The position numbers and the translations under genes are program-made. A DNA stretch of 64,000 nt from Bradymonadia bacterium (GTDB taxonomy: Bacteria > Myxococcota_A > Bradymonadia > UBA7976 > UBA1532): NCBI GenBank assembly GCA_046290225.1, contig JBKAGE010000037.1:320001-384000 (forward strand), in the 5' to 3' direction. Of the stretch, positions 49,902 to 58,823 are shown one piece after another (position 1 is the first letter of the stretch; the number at the start of each line of letters is the position of its first letter). Below the pieces are notes generated by a model, which did no database searches, was not told the origin of the DNA, and saw only the letters and a program-made list of their open reading frames with translations.

Positions 49902-51119
49902 ATGGCTGACGAGATTCACACACCCGAGCAGCTCATCGCCGTGATCCGCGAAGGTCGACGCACGGCGTGTCCGCACTGTCGACACCCCAACCCGCCCGGT
50001 CAGCGCTTCTGCTCGAGCTGTGGGTTACGGCTGAAATTCCCCTGCCCTCAATGCAACGCCCCCTGCCAGTCGGGGCAGAGCTTCTGCGGCAGCTGCGGCG
50101 TCTCCCTCGCCGAAGTGCTCAATGATCACTTCGCCCAGCTCGAAGCCGGTGAAGCAGATGCCAGAGCCGCCCGAGAAGCTGACCCTCTGAGGCGCTATCG
50201 CACCCTGCGCACCATCGAAGAAGGCCGCATGAGCCACATGCTCGGCGTCACCCCCGAGGGCGAGCGCCACTTCTTGAAGGTGGCCCGCAGCGCCACTGGC
50301 AAGCGGCTCATGGCCAACGAGCTCTCGGCGCTGGCAGATCTCGAGGACGTACAGGGGATTCAACACCCCGTGCACACATACAGTGACGATCAACACGCGG
50401 TCGTTGCATTCGAGCAACTGCACAACCCCGCGCTGCGGTTCCCCGTGGACATCCCCGAGCTGCTGCAGCTGACCATCGATGTGCTGGAGATCCTCAGCGC
50501 AGTGCACGCCCGCGGCTGGGTGCACTGCGATCTCAAACCTGCGCACTTGATGCAGAGGGCCGACGGCCAACTCGCCCTCGTGGACTTCGACATCGCCCAG
50601 AAGCCCGGACCAAGTGCTTTTGGGGCCTACACCGCCCTCTTCGCCGCCCCGGAGCAGATCGTCGGTGATGCCCTCGACCACCGGGTCGATCTACACGCTG
50701 TGGGGGTCATGCTGTACATGCTCTTCACCTATGATCGATTCCCTGCAGTCCTCGAAGAGCGGACGGAGTCAGAGGCGTACATTGGGGTGCTCAAGGCGCG
50801 CCCGGCGAAGAACCGGGCCTATCTGAGTGGCCAGACGATGTACGTAGGCAAGGGCTCGCTGAGCAAGGTGGCAGGTGCCCCGCAAAACATGGCGGGCCCG
50901 CCGACGAACACCGAGGCCGAGAAGCGGCGCGTACTCGGCGCGAAGTACCTCTTCAGCGCCGAGCTCAAGCGCACATGCGACGTCAACGCCGAGATCAGGC
51001 TCGCCGGTGAGGTCATGCGGGTGGTGCGCACCGCCTGCGCAGTGGATCCGGAGGCGCGCTATCCCAGCGCTGAGGTCATGGCCGCTGATCTGCGCCTGAT
51101 CATGGAGGGCGCCCGATGA
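49902..51119 (+). CDS. Double zinc-ribbon + atypical protein kinase
   Basis: CPHC..CSSC..CPQC..CGSC, FLK, HCDLKPAH, DFD, AAPEQ, DLHAVG. Confidence 0.82.
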   Translation: MADEIHTPEQLIAVIREGRRTACPHCRHPNPPGQRFCSSCGLRLKFPCPQCNAPCQSGQSFCGSCGVSLAEVLNDHFAQLEAGEADARAAREADPLRRYRTLRTIEEGRMSHMLGVTPEGERHFLKVARSATGKRLMANELSALADLEDVQGIQHPVHTYSDDQHAVVAFEQLHNPALRFPVDIPELLQLTIDVLEILSAVHARGWVHCDLKPAHLMQRADGQLALVDFDIAQKPGPSAFGAYTALFAAPEQIVGDALDHRVDLHAVGVMLYMLFTYDRFPAVLEERTESEAYIGVLKARPAKNRAYLSGQTMYVGKGSLSKVAGAPQNMAGPPTNTEAEKRRVLGAKYLFSAELKRTCDVNAEIRLAGEVMRVVRTACAVDPEARYPSAEVMAADLRLIMEGAR

Positions 51120-52126
51120 CCCCCAACGAGCTCAACATCGCCTTGGGTCAACATCGCCCGTCGGGCCTCTTCTACAAGCCGCTCAAGCAGGCGGGGCTCC
51201 GGCGACTGAGAGTCCTCGAACACCCGTTGATCCATCAGTGGCTCGGCGAAGCCCCCGACGGCAGCCAGATGCTGGTTCGCGCGGGCACGCATCACGAGGC
51301 CCTCGAGCTTTTGCTCAACGAAGCAGAGCGCTGCGCCGCAGTGGAGCACCAGCACGTGATCTCCATGGCCTGGACGGTGCGCCCCAAGGCCCACCATCTG
51401 ACCCTGGGCTTTCACTGGCCCAAGCCCCTCACGTTGAAGTGGCCTCTCGACCTGCGGTGGCTGATTCGATGCTTCATCTCCGCCGCCCGTGGGGCCGGCG
51501 CGCTGCACCGGGCAGGGCTGGTGCACTGCGATCTCAAGCCAGAGTCGATCTGTTTCACCGAGGATCCACAGCACGTGCGGATTTGGGGGCTGCACATGGC
51601 GCAACCGCCAGGCACGCCCGAGGTGGAAGCCTGGTCCGCCCGGTTTGCGGCGCCAGAGCAAATCACCGGGGCTCCCCTCGACGCCACCGCCGACGTCTAT
51701 GCCCTTGGGGTCTCCCTGTACTCGATGTTCATCCGCTCGCGGTTCCCCACAATTCAGCTCTCGGGCCAGCCACGGGGCGTTTCGCCGGCGCCGCCGTCAC
51801 CGCAGACGATGATGGGGATCGACACAGGCCCCGTGGGCCCACCCCCTGGGGGCGCGTTTCTGAGCGCGGCCACTCATGTGGGGGTGATCCCTGATCACGC
51901 AGGCGTGCCTGCGGCTGCTCAGGGGCCCGCTCAGGAAGCGACCCACTCGATTCTGGGGGCCAAGCTGATGTTCGCGCGGCAGATGGAGCAGGTGGCGGAG
52001 CGCACCGCGGACATCGGCGCCGCCCACGGCCTGCTCACCTTGATCGACAAGGCCTGCGCTCAGAAGCCGACGGACAGATTCGCCGACGGAGATGCGCTGG
52101 CGAGCGCCCTGGAGGGCCTGTTATGA
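51116..52126 (+). CDS. Kinase-like protein (probable pseudokinase), paralog of upstream gene
   Basis: HCDLKPES, AAPEQ, DVYALG. The DFG position reads WGL/GLH. ATGA overlap. Confidence 0.78.
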   Translation: MTPNELNIALGQHRPSGLFYKPLKQAGLRRLRVLEHPLIHQWLGEAPDGSQMLVRAGTHHEALELLLNEAERCAAVEHQHVISMAWTVRPKAHHLTLGFHWPKPLTLKWPLDLRWLIRCFISAARGAGALHRAGLVHCDLKPESICFTEDPQHVRIWGLHMAQPPGTPEVEAWSARFAAPEQITGAPLDATADVYALGVSLYSMFIRSRFPTIQLSGQPRGVSPAPPSPQTMMGIDTGPVGPPPGGAFLSAATHVGVIPDHAGVPAAAQGPAQEATHSILGAKLMFARQMEQVAERTADIGAAHGLLTLIDKACAQKPTDRFADGDALASALEGLL

Positions 52127-52256
52127 GGCCAATTCAAGTGCACTCCGTACATCTACGATGGATCTATTTTGAAGCGAGTACGTTTTTCTAGGGGTCAAAG
52201 GAATAAACCTCTTACCCACGAAGCTTAGTCTTTGTGTTGGATTTACGGAGCCCCCC

Positions 52257-52907
52257 ATGCTTGGCAACTTGTTCAAGAAGAAAGACCACGCCGAATTCGA
52301 AGCGGTGGCCATGCCCCACGCCGACGCCCTCTACGGCGCCGCTCTGCGCATGACCCGCGATCCCACCCGCGCCGAAGACCTGGTGCAGGACACCCTGCTT
52401 CGAGCGTACCGCTTCTGGCACAAGTTCGAGCAGGGCACCAACATCAAGGCGTGGCTGTTCCGCATTCAGCTGAACACCTTCATCAACAAGTACCGTAAGA
52501 AGCAGACCGAGCAGACGGTGATGGACGATCGCGACATCCACGATCTGCTCCACCGTCACGCCGCAGAAGAGTCTCGGGTGATCCCCCCAGACACCCGCGA
52601 CGAGTTCTTCAAGAAGGTGCTCAGCGACGACGTGCTCGCCGCCCTCGACAGTCTGCCCTTCGACTTCCGTATGACGGTGGTGCTCGCCGACATGCACGAC
52701 TTCTCGTACAAAGAGATCGCCGAGATCCTCAACTGCCCTGTGGGCACCGTGATGAGCCGCCTGCACCGCGCACGCAAGCTGCTGCAGGCTCAGCTCTTTG
52801 CCTATGCCGTCGAGAATGGCATCATTCAGGCACCTGAGGGCGTCACCGCCGACAACGTCGCCGATCTCGACGCCTTCCGCCGCCGCCGTAAAAAGGCCTC
52901 TGCCTGA
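52257..52907 (+). CDS. ECF sigma-70 factor
   Basis: AEDLVQDT, TNIKAWLFRI, SYKEIAEILNCPVGTVMSRLHRAR. Confidence 0.95.
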   Translation: MLGNLFKKKDHAEFEAVAMPHADALYGAALRMTRDPTRAEDLVQDTLLRAYRFWHKFEQGTNIKAWLFRIQLNTFINKYRKKQTEQTVMDDRDIHDLLHRHAAEESRVIPPDTRDEFFKKVLSDDVLAALDSLPFDFRMTVVLADMHDFSYKEIAEILNCPVGTVMSRLHRARKLLQAQLFAYAVENGIIQAPEGVTADNVADLDAFRRRRKKASA

Positions 52908-52923
52908 GAAGGGCCCTCACCTG

Positions 52924-53715
52924 ATGTCGACTTCAAAGATCAGCTGCGCAGACTTCCGCCAGTTCATCGATCCCTACCTCGACGGTGAGTTCGACGAGCG
53001 CGACCGGGCCGACTTCGACGCCCACGCCGCGGGCTGCCCCGACTGCCGCCAGACGCTCGAGCAACACATCTGGTTCCAGCGCAACATCAAGCGCAACCTC
53101 GCCGAGCCACAGTCGATGCCCCCGGCGGCCCGAGCCAAGCTCAGGGCCCGCCTGCACATCGCTCAGCAGCCCGAGCGCCGCGCCCGCTGGGTCAAGCGCC
53201 TCGCCCTGCCAGTGCCCGTGCTCGCCGCAGGCGCAGCGTTGCTGCTCATCACCCCCCTCACGGGCTTCACCCCTGTGGTGGACGACGTGGTGGAGCAGCA
53301 CAATCAGACGATGCCTGTCGAGGTGCCCAGCGATCAGGCCAACGAGGTGGATCAGTGGTTCAAGGACAAAGTGCCTTTCGCCATGCACGCCCCCCGATTC
53401 TCTGATCAGCGGGTCACGCTGCTCGGCGGTCGCCTGAGCCAGCTACGCAGCCCCATCGACGGTGAGCCGATGCAGAAGGCCGCCTACCTGATGTACGGGG
53501 TGGGCCGCGAGAAGCTCACGGTGCTGGTCTTCGAGGGCAAGCAGCTCGATCTGAGCAAGTTCGGCACTCAAACCCGCCTCAAGAACCTCGAGTTGTCGAT
53601 CCTCGATCGCGGCGACTACCGCGTGGCGATGTACCGTAAAGACGGGCTGACTTACGCGGTGACCTCACGGCTGCCCGAGTCGGAGATGATCCGATTGGTG
53701 AGCACGGCCCTTTGA
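52924..53715 (+). CDS. Zinc-finger (zf-HC2) transmembrane anti-sigma factor
   Basis: C..YLDGE..HAAGCPDC, TM segment, LLGGRL periplasmic domain. Confidence 0.88.
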   Translation: MSTSKISCADFRQFIDPYLDGEFDERDRADFDAHAAGCPDCRQTLEQHIWFQRNIKRNLAEPQSMPPAARAKLRARLHIAQQPERRARWVKRLALPVPVLAAGAALLLITPLTGFTPVVDDVVEQHNQTMPVEVPSDQANEVDQWFKDKVPFAMHAPRFSDQRVTLLGGRLSQLRSPIDGEPMQKAAYLMYGVGREKLTVLVFEGKQLDLSKFGTQTRLKNLELSILDRGDYRVAMYRKDGLTYAVTSRLPESEMIRLVSTAL

Positions 53716-54124
53716 GCGGACGACCGTGCCTTCGGCACCGTCTGTAGCGGACGGTCATCGCCTTTGGCGACAGCCTGTAGCGGACGCCTCGCCTTCGGCG
53801 AGAGCTGTAGCGGACGCTCATTTGCCTACGGCAAATTCCCTGTAGCTTTTTGAAGATCACTTTGGGGGTGTGGGCTCGTCTACCGCGAACATTGTGGCCC
53901 TCTGACGGACCAGTTCCGGCGTAAGCCCCTACCCTGGTCCGGAAGCCCACCAGACACACCAAAAGTCTCTTAGAAAGCTACAGCTCAGGCTGCCGGAGGC
54001 AGACTCGGCGTCCGCTACAGCTCTGCAAGGCGAAGCCGAAGCAAGCGTCCGCTACAGACGCAGCGCAGCGAAAGCTTTTGCTGGGTCGTCCGCTACAGGC
54101 GGCCCGAAGGGCGGCCGTCCGCTC
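53714..54124. repeat. Intergenic dyad: inverted arrays of 12-bp CTGTAGCGGACG repeats with hairpin spacers around a structured core
   Basis: CTGTAGCGGACG at 53742, 53775, 53805; reverse complement at 54009, 54046, 54087; terminal GAGCGGACG/CGTCCGCTC; inner CTGTAGCTTT (53840)/AAAGCTACAG (53974). Confidence 0.93.
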
Positions 54125-54126
54125 CA

Positions 54127-56043
54127 TCACTCGTACCAAATCACATAAGCACTCAACGCGATGTCCCCACCTCGGGGATCCCCGCCGTTGAACAGCCCGC
54201 GGTACGTCAGTGTGCTCTCCGCGCCTGGCGTGATGTGATCCGTGATGTCCAGGCGGATGAGATCCACCGGTAAGCCCGGGCACCAGTAAGCGCGCCCTGG
54301 CGCCCAGTTGCCCCACTGACCTGGGGGCACCCCCTCACCCGCCCGCTCGGCGCAGCCCTTGAGCGTGCCTGCCTCCATGGCCGAGCTGATCTCGGTGAGC
54401 TCTACGTCATTGAGCGTGAACTGGTGGCGATGATCACACCACTCCGCGCAGTTGTCCTGCGGGGTCTGGCCGTGGCCGCTGATGATGGTCACCAGCTCCG
54501 CGCGGCGGGTGCCCTCGGGGGCCGTGAAGGTGAAGGGCTCCCGGGTGTTGTAGTTCTCGTCGAAAGCCCCGCCGGTGAAGGCGAGAGCGCCGCCAGTGGC
54601 CGAGCCCTCGGGGCCAGCGGCGGGCATGGCCTCGGAGAAGCGCAGGGTGATGCGGGCGTTGCGCTCAGTCTTGCGCTCCCAGTCGGGGCCCATCTCGATG
54701 AAGAACCGCTGGGTGCCGCCTGCCCGGAGCAGGGCGAGCATCGGCGAGATGTCCTGAGCCCACCGGCGACGACCACGACGCCAGTAAGGCGTGATCCAGC
54801 GCATGATCTCCTGCCGCTGGGCGCACTCTTCGTCGAGGCAGAGCGAGATGCGGGCGATGCGATCCCACTCACTGCAGGCGAAGGGGTGCTGGAACGGGCA
54901 GGTGACCTGAATGTCCACCTCGAGGGTGTTGAAGGCCGCCATCTCTTCAGCGGATGGCAGCTCCACCTGCTCGGTGAAGACCCGCTCGGTCACAGCCCGC
55001 TCAAGCAGCGTCACTTCGGTGATCTCCGAAGTGTCGGCGAGCCGGGCGTCGAGCGAGGAGAGGTGGTTGTAGAAGTGGCCGGCGTACGCCGCCATTTCGA
55101 AGTTCGGCGGCTGCCCCACCACAGGCGAGAGGCTGCCCACAGGGTCGAACTGTTGATGCCGGTTGATAGCGAAGACGTCGGGCAGCGGCGCCTGGGCCAT
55201 GCCACGGTCACCGAGATCGACAACGCCCTCGTCAGAGAACATGAAGTCGAGATAATTGCGGGCGAAGAGCCCGGCGCTGCCCTCGATCTCGGTCATGCGA
55301 TCAGTGACGAAGTGGAAGTGGCTGCGCCAATACGCGCGATCGGCTGCGTCGGCGACGTTGGCACCGAGGAACCGGTCGAAGCCATCTCGAAGCGTGTTCA
55401 TGCGGGCTTCGCGCTCGGCGAGCTCTTCTTCGAAGCTGGTGAAGAAGTAATGCACATTGCGCGGGCCCTGCTGATACAGGGGGGAGAGATCGCTGCCCCA
55501 GAGCTGATCGCCCTGCCATGGGCCTCCACCGCCCTGACGTAGATCCTGGAAGTAGTTCAGGAACACGTAACTCTCACAGCCGCTCCAGTTCTGGGTCAGC
55601 TGCCATGGGCCGTCGAGGGTCTGCACGGTGAAGTCACCGGCGATGTCGCCAAAAGCCGTGCCGCCATCCGCGGTCTGAAATGGTGCCTTGGGCAGGTCGA
55701 GATCTTCACATGGCCCATCGGCGAACATGACCTCACCGCCACCGGCGCCGCCCATCATGCCGCCCATGGGCTCACCACCGGCGCCGCCCACGGGCTCACC
55801 GCCCATGCCTCCGGCACCACCGCCGGCCTCACCGCCAGCGCCACCGGAAGGCTCGCCTCCCGCGCCGCCCACGGGCTCACCACCCATGCCACCGCTGGCT
55901 TCGGCATCGGGCGCTGGCGCCCCACCGCTGTCGCCATCGTCATCGCACCCAACTACGACACAGGCTGAGATCATCAGGGCCATCGGCAACTTGCCAAACA
56001 TCACGCGCAACCTCATCCGCAACTCCAGAGCATCTGGGTCCAC
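54127..56043 (-). CDS. Peptide-N-glycosidase F-related lipoprotein
   Basis: VVGC lipobox, GGAGGEP linker, CSEWDR, RWITPY, ISGHG..CAEWC, GQWGNW..GRAYWCPG. Exact start uncertain. Confidence 0.8.
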   Translation of the reverse strand: MDPDALELRMRLRVMFGKLPMALMISACVVVGCDDDGDSGGAPAPDAEASGGMGGEPVGGAGGEPSGGAGGEAGGGAGGMGGEPVGGAGGEPMGGMMGGAGGGEVMFADGPCEDLDLPKAPFQTADGGTAFGDIAGDFTVQTLDGPWQLTQNWSGCESYVFLNYFQDLRQGGGGPWQGDQLWGSDLSPLYQQGPRNVHYFFTSFEEELAEREARMNTLRDGFDRFLGANVADAADRAYWRSHFHFVTDRMTEIEGSAGLFARNYLDFMFSDEGVVDLGDRGMAQAPLPDVFAINRHQQFDPVGSLSPVVGQPPNFEMAAYAGHFYNHLSSLDARLADTSEITEVTLLERAVTERVFTEQVELPSAEEMAAFNTLEVDIQVTCPFQHPFACSEWDRIARISLCLDEECAQRQEIMRWITPYWRRGRRRWAQDISPMLALLRAGGTQRFFIEMGPDWERKTERNARITLRFSEAMPAAGPEGSATGGALAFTGGAFDENYNTREPFTFTAPEGTRRAELVTIISGHGQTPQDNCAEWCDHRHQFTLNDVELTEISSAMEAGTLKGCAERAGEGVPPGQWGNWAPGRAYWCPGLPVDLIRLDITDHITPGAESTLTYRGLFNGGDPRGGDIALSAYVIWYE

Positions 56044-56099
56044 TTCGGAATACAGGCTACTGTGGCTGAAGTGGAGAGACGAGGTCCAGGGAGAGGGGC

Positions 56100-57446
56100 A
56101 TGAAGACGAGAGGTTTGACGTATTTCGGGCTGGTGTGGCTCATGGCAGGGTGTGTCGATCGTCAATCGACCGCTGACGCGCCAGAGTCGAGGCAGGATTC
56201 AGGCACACCGGCAATGAACACCGACGCTTCGTCGGGCAACCAGAGCACCCCACCAGACGCCGGGCTCGCCGAGCCTGACGCCACCCCTGGATCCGATGCA
56301 GAGCCTGCAGCGCTAGACGCCGAGGTGCCAGATGCGGCGATGGCCGAGCCTCAGTGCGCTCAAATCACCTACTATCACGATGACTTGCGATGGGCTCCAG
56401 GGCCACCCATGGGTTTCATGGACGACCGCCTGCTCTTCTCGGTGCAAGACGATGAGGGCCGATGGCAACTCGGCACTGAGGTCGGTGAATTGCTGCCCTT
56501 CAGCCCCAACCAGGCCGTGCTCATGGGCAGCGGCGGAGGTGGCCTCGGCTTTGCGCTGGTCAACGCAGACGGCAGTTGGATGATCTCTCATGCTGTTGAC
56601 GGCACCCTCATGCCAGTGAGCGGGCTGCAACCTGTCCCCCTCGACTTCGCCCCAGGGCAAACCTGGCAGGCAGGGCCAGACTTCGTGGCCTGGACTCATG
56701 CCGGGTTCGCCTCCCGTTGGGATGCAGACATTGGAGAGCAGACGCTGGGAGACGGGCGCGTGCTCGACGCCCACGCTGACGGCACCCTGGTCTTCGACTC
56801 ACTCATGCAGCTCGTGCTCCATGGCCAGGATGGGAGCGCCTTCACCGTGGACATTGGGCTCCCCCTCGTCGATGCCGCCTTCAACAGCGTTGGGCAGTAC
56901 TGGGTCGAGCCAGGCGACGGCGCCCTGTGGCGTACGAACCGCAGCAGAATACGGGAGCAGCTCGGCGAAGGCTGCGCTCACCTGTCCGTGGTGAACGATC
57001 GCATGGTGGCGGTCTGTGACCGATACATACGCCGTGGCACACTCGTCGAAGGCCCCGCCCTCATCAGTGAGGCCCCTTCAGCGCCCGGCTCACAGGCGCG
57101 CTCCATCCAGAATCAGCTCGTGCTTGAAGATGGCGCCCACATCGCGGCAGTGGCCACAGATGGCACCGCTGTCGCCTGGGCACAGTTCGATGATGAGGTG
57201 GACTGGTGCAACGGCTCTGAGGGCGGAGGGCGGCTCAGATACACACCCTCTCTCGGCGGAGGCACCACCATCTCGGAGCTGGACCGTCTCGACGCCGGCT
57301 GTATGTGTTGCGACTCGTTCTGGCCAGAGATGTGGCTGGGCTTCTCCCCTTCTGGCGACGCGCTGGCTTGGTCCTATGCAGTCTCTGACGCAGGGAAACA
57401 GGCAGCACAGGCCGTCAAAGCCGCCAAAGCCCAATTCTGCCCTTGA
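56100..57446 (+). CDS. Hypothetical lipoprotein, paralog 1 of tandem trio
   Basis: AGCVDRQS; C-terminal AAVATDG..VAWA..WC..GCMCCDSFWPEMW..FCP. Confidence 0.75.
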   Translation: MKTRGLTYFGLVWLMAGCVDRQSTADAPESRQDSGTPAMNTDASSGNQSTPPDAGLAEPDATPGSDAEPAALDAEVPDAAMAEPQCAQITYYHDDLRWAPGPPMGFMDDRLLFSVQDDEGRWQLGTEVGELLPFSPNQAVLMGSGGGGLGFALVNADGSWMISHAVDGTLMPVSGLQPVPLDFAPGQTWQAGPDFVAWTHAGFASRWDADIGEQTLGDGRVLDAHADGTLVFDSLMQLVLHGQDGSAFTVDIGLPLVDAAFNSVGQYWVEPGDGALWRTNRSRIREQLGEGCAHLSVVNDRMVAVCDRYIRRGTLVEGPALISEAPSAPGSQARSIQNQLVLEDGAHIAAVATDGTAVAWAQFDDEVDWCNGSEGGGRLRYTPSLGGGTTISELDRLDAGCMCCDSFWPEMWLGFSPSGDALAWSYAVSDAGKQAAQAVKAAKAQFCP

Positions 57447-57521
57447 AGCGATCCTGAGGGGCACAGATAGACTGCGGGCATCTTCTCCCGGGCGCATCCT
57501 CGATGCGGGAATGGTGAAACG

Positions 57522-58823
57522 ATGTCGCGGTGGTCTCTGTGCCTCGCCCTGGCCCTGCTGGGCTGTGTCGATCGACAAAGCACACTCGATGGCGATCCAG
57601 GTGGTGACACTGCTGATGCTGGGGCACCCCTCGGCGGCGCAGCAGGTGCCCCAGCAGGCGGCGCGGGTGGCGCAGGGCCAGATGGTGGCACCCCAGACAT
57701 GGGTGTCGTCGTGGGCCCGGGCGTCGACTGCGAGGGCACGCCACAGATCGCTCAACTCGATCAGCAGAATCAGAGCACCATCGGGCCGAGTATGGGCTTC
57801 GTGGGCAACACGCTGGTCTTCACAGAGTGGGTCAGTGGCCAGGACGACCTGCGTCTCGTCGACGAGACCGGAGCGCCCATCTTCGAAGATGACGCTCGAA
57901 ACGTGCAGATCATGGGCGGGGGTGCAGGCACGATCATCGGCACAACGGGCTCGAGTGATCGCTGGGCACCCTTCATCGGGACGGTCGAAACAGGTCGGTT
58001 GCTCGATGGTCGACTGAGCTCTCCATCCCAGTTGGGCCGGTGGTTCTCCGGGCCTTTCTTCGGCGTATGGCAAGAAGGCCAGCGCCAAGTCTGGCGATGG
58101 GACACCGAGCTGGGTACTCGACAGCTCAGCGGTGATGGCACCCAGCTGCTCGATGCCGAGTCATATGGCACGCTCACCTATGATGCAGACGAGAAGGCCC
58201 TCGTCTTCTTCGGGGAGTTCGATGGTCAGCTGTTCATCCCCATCGATCTGCCGCCCTTGTATGGTGCCTTCCACCGCCGCGCGGTCTACTGGATCGACAT
58301 CGAAGGCTTCCTCTGGCGCGTCCAGCTGGACTCCGGCCGACTCGACCAGCTCGCAGAGGCGTGCACTCAGCTCGTCACCGATGGAGATCTCATGGTGGCG
58401 TCGTGCGCCACCGACTCCGCCGTTCGCCCTGGCAGCGCGCTGGCGCTCGTCATGGAGTCCTCGGAGGCGCCAGCGGACGGCTCGGACCTCGTGCTCACCA
58501 CCCTCGCCCTCGACGCCGCCTATGTGGCCGCCGTCGCCACCAACGGCAAGTTCGTGGCCTGGGCCGCCTACGACGATCCCGACGCGTGGTGCCAGGACTT
58601 CGACACTTTGGGCCGATTGATGGTGCTCACCCGACTCGATGGCAGCCTCAGCCCCACACAGGTCGACGCCCTCGGCGTCGGCTGCATCTGCTGCGGCGCT
58701 TTCTGGCCCGAGATGTGGCTGCAGTTTTCCGGCGACTGGCTGGGCTGGAACTACGCCATCGACCCCGAGGTGATGAACGAGAGGCGAGACATCAAGGCGG
58801 CGAAGGTGGAGATCTGTCGATGA
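57522..58823 (+). CDS. Hypothetical lipoprotein, paralog 2
   Basis: LGCVDRQS; AAVATNG..VAWA..WC..GCICCGAFWPEMW..EICR. Confidence 0.75.
   Translation: MSRWSLCLALALLGCVDRQSTLDGDPGGDTADAGAPLGGAAGAPAGGAGGAGPDGGTPDMGVVVGPGVDCEGTPQIAQLDQQNQSTIGPSMGFVGNTLVFTEWVSGQDDLRLVDETGAPIFEDDARNVQIMGGGAGTIIGTTGSSDRWAPFIGTVETGRLLDGRLSSPSQLGRWFSGPFFGVWQEGQRQVWRWDTELGTRQLSGDGTQLLDAESYGTLTYDADEKALVFFGEFDGQLFIPIDLPPLYGAFHRRAVYWIDIEGFLWRVQLDSGRLDQLAEACTQLVTDGDLMVASCATDSAVRPGSALALVMESSEAPADGSDLVLTTLALDAAYVAAVATNGKFVAWAAYDDPDAWCQDFDTLGRLMVLTRLDGSLSPTQVDALGVGCICCGAFWPEMWLQFSGDWLGWNYAIDPEVMNERRDIKAAKVEICR

Noticed and set aside
53870..53950. Hammerhead ribozyme in the dyad core (CTGACGG..GGAA)
   Set aside because: Deviates from CUGANGA/GAAA, and stem I does not abut the core.
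53714..54124. CRISPR array interpretation
   Set aside because: Repeats are only 12 bp, spacers are self-complementary and mutually related, the two halves are inverted, and there are no cas genes.
58361..58819. N-terminal extension of the 609-aa ORF
   Set aside because: Overlaps the upstream paralog. The lipoprotein signal begins at ATG 58820.
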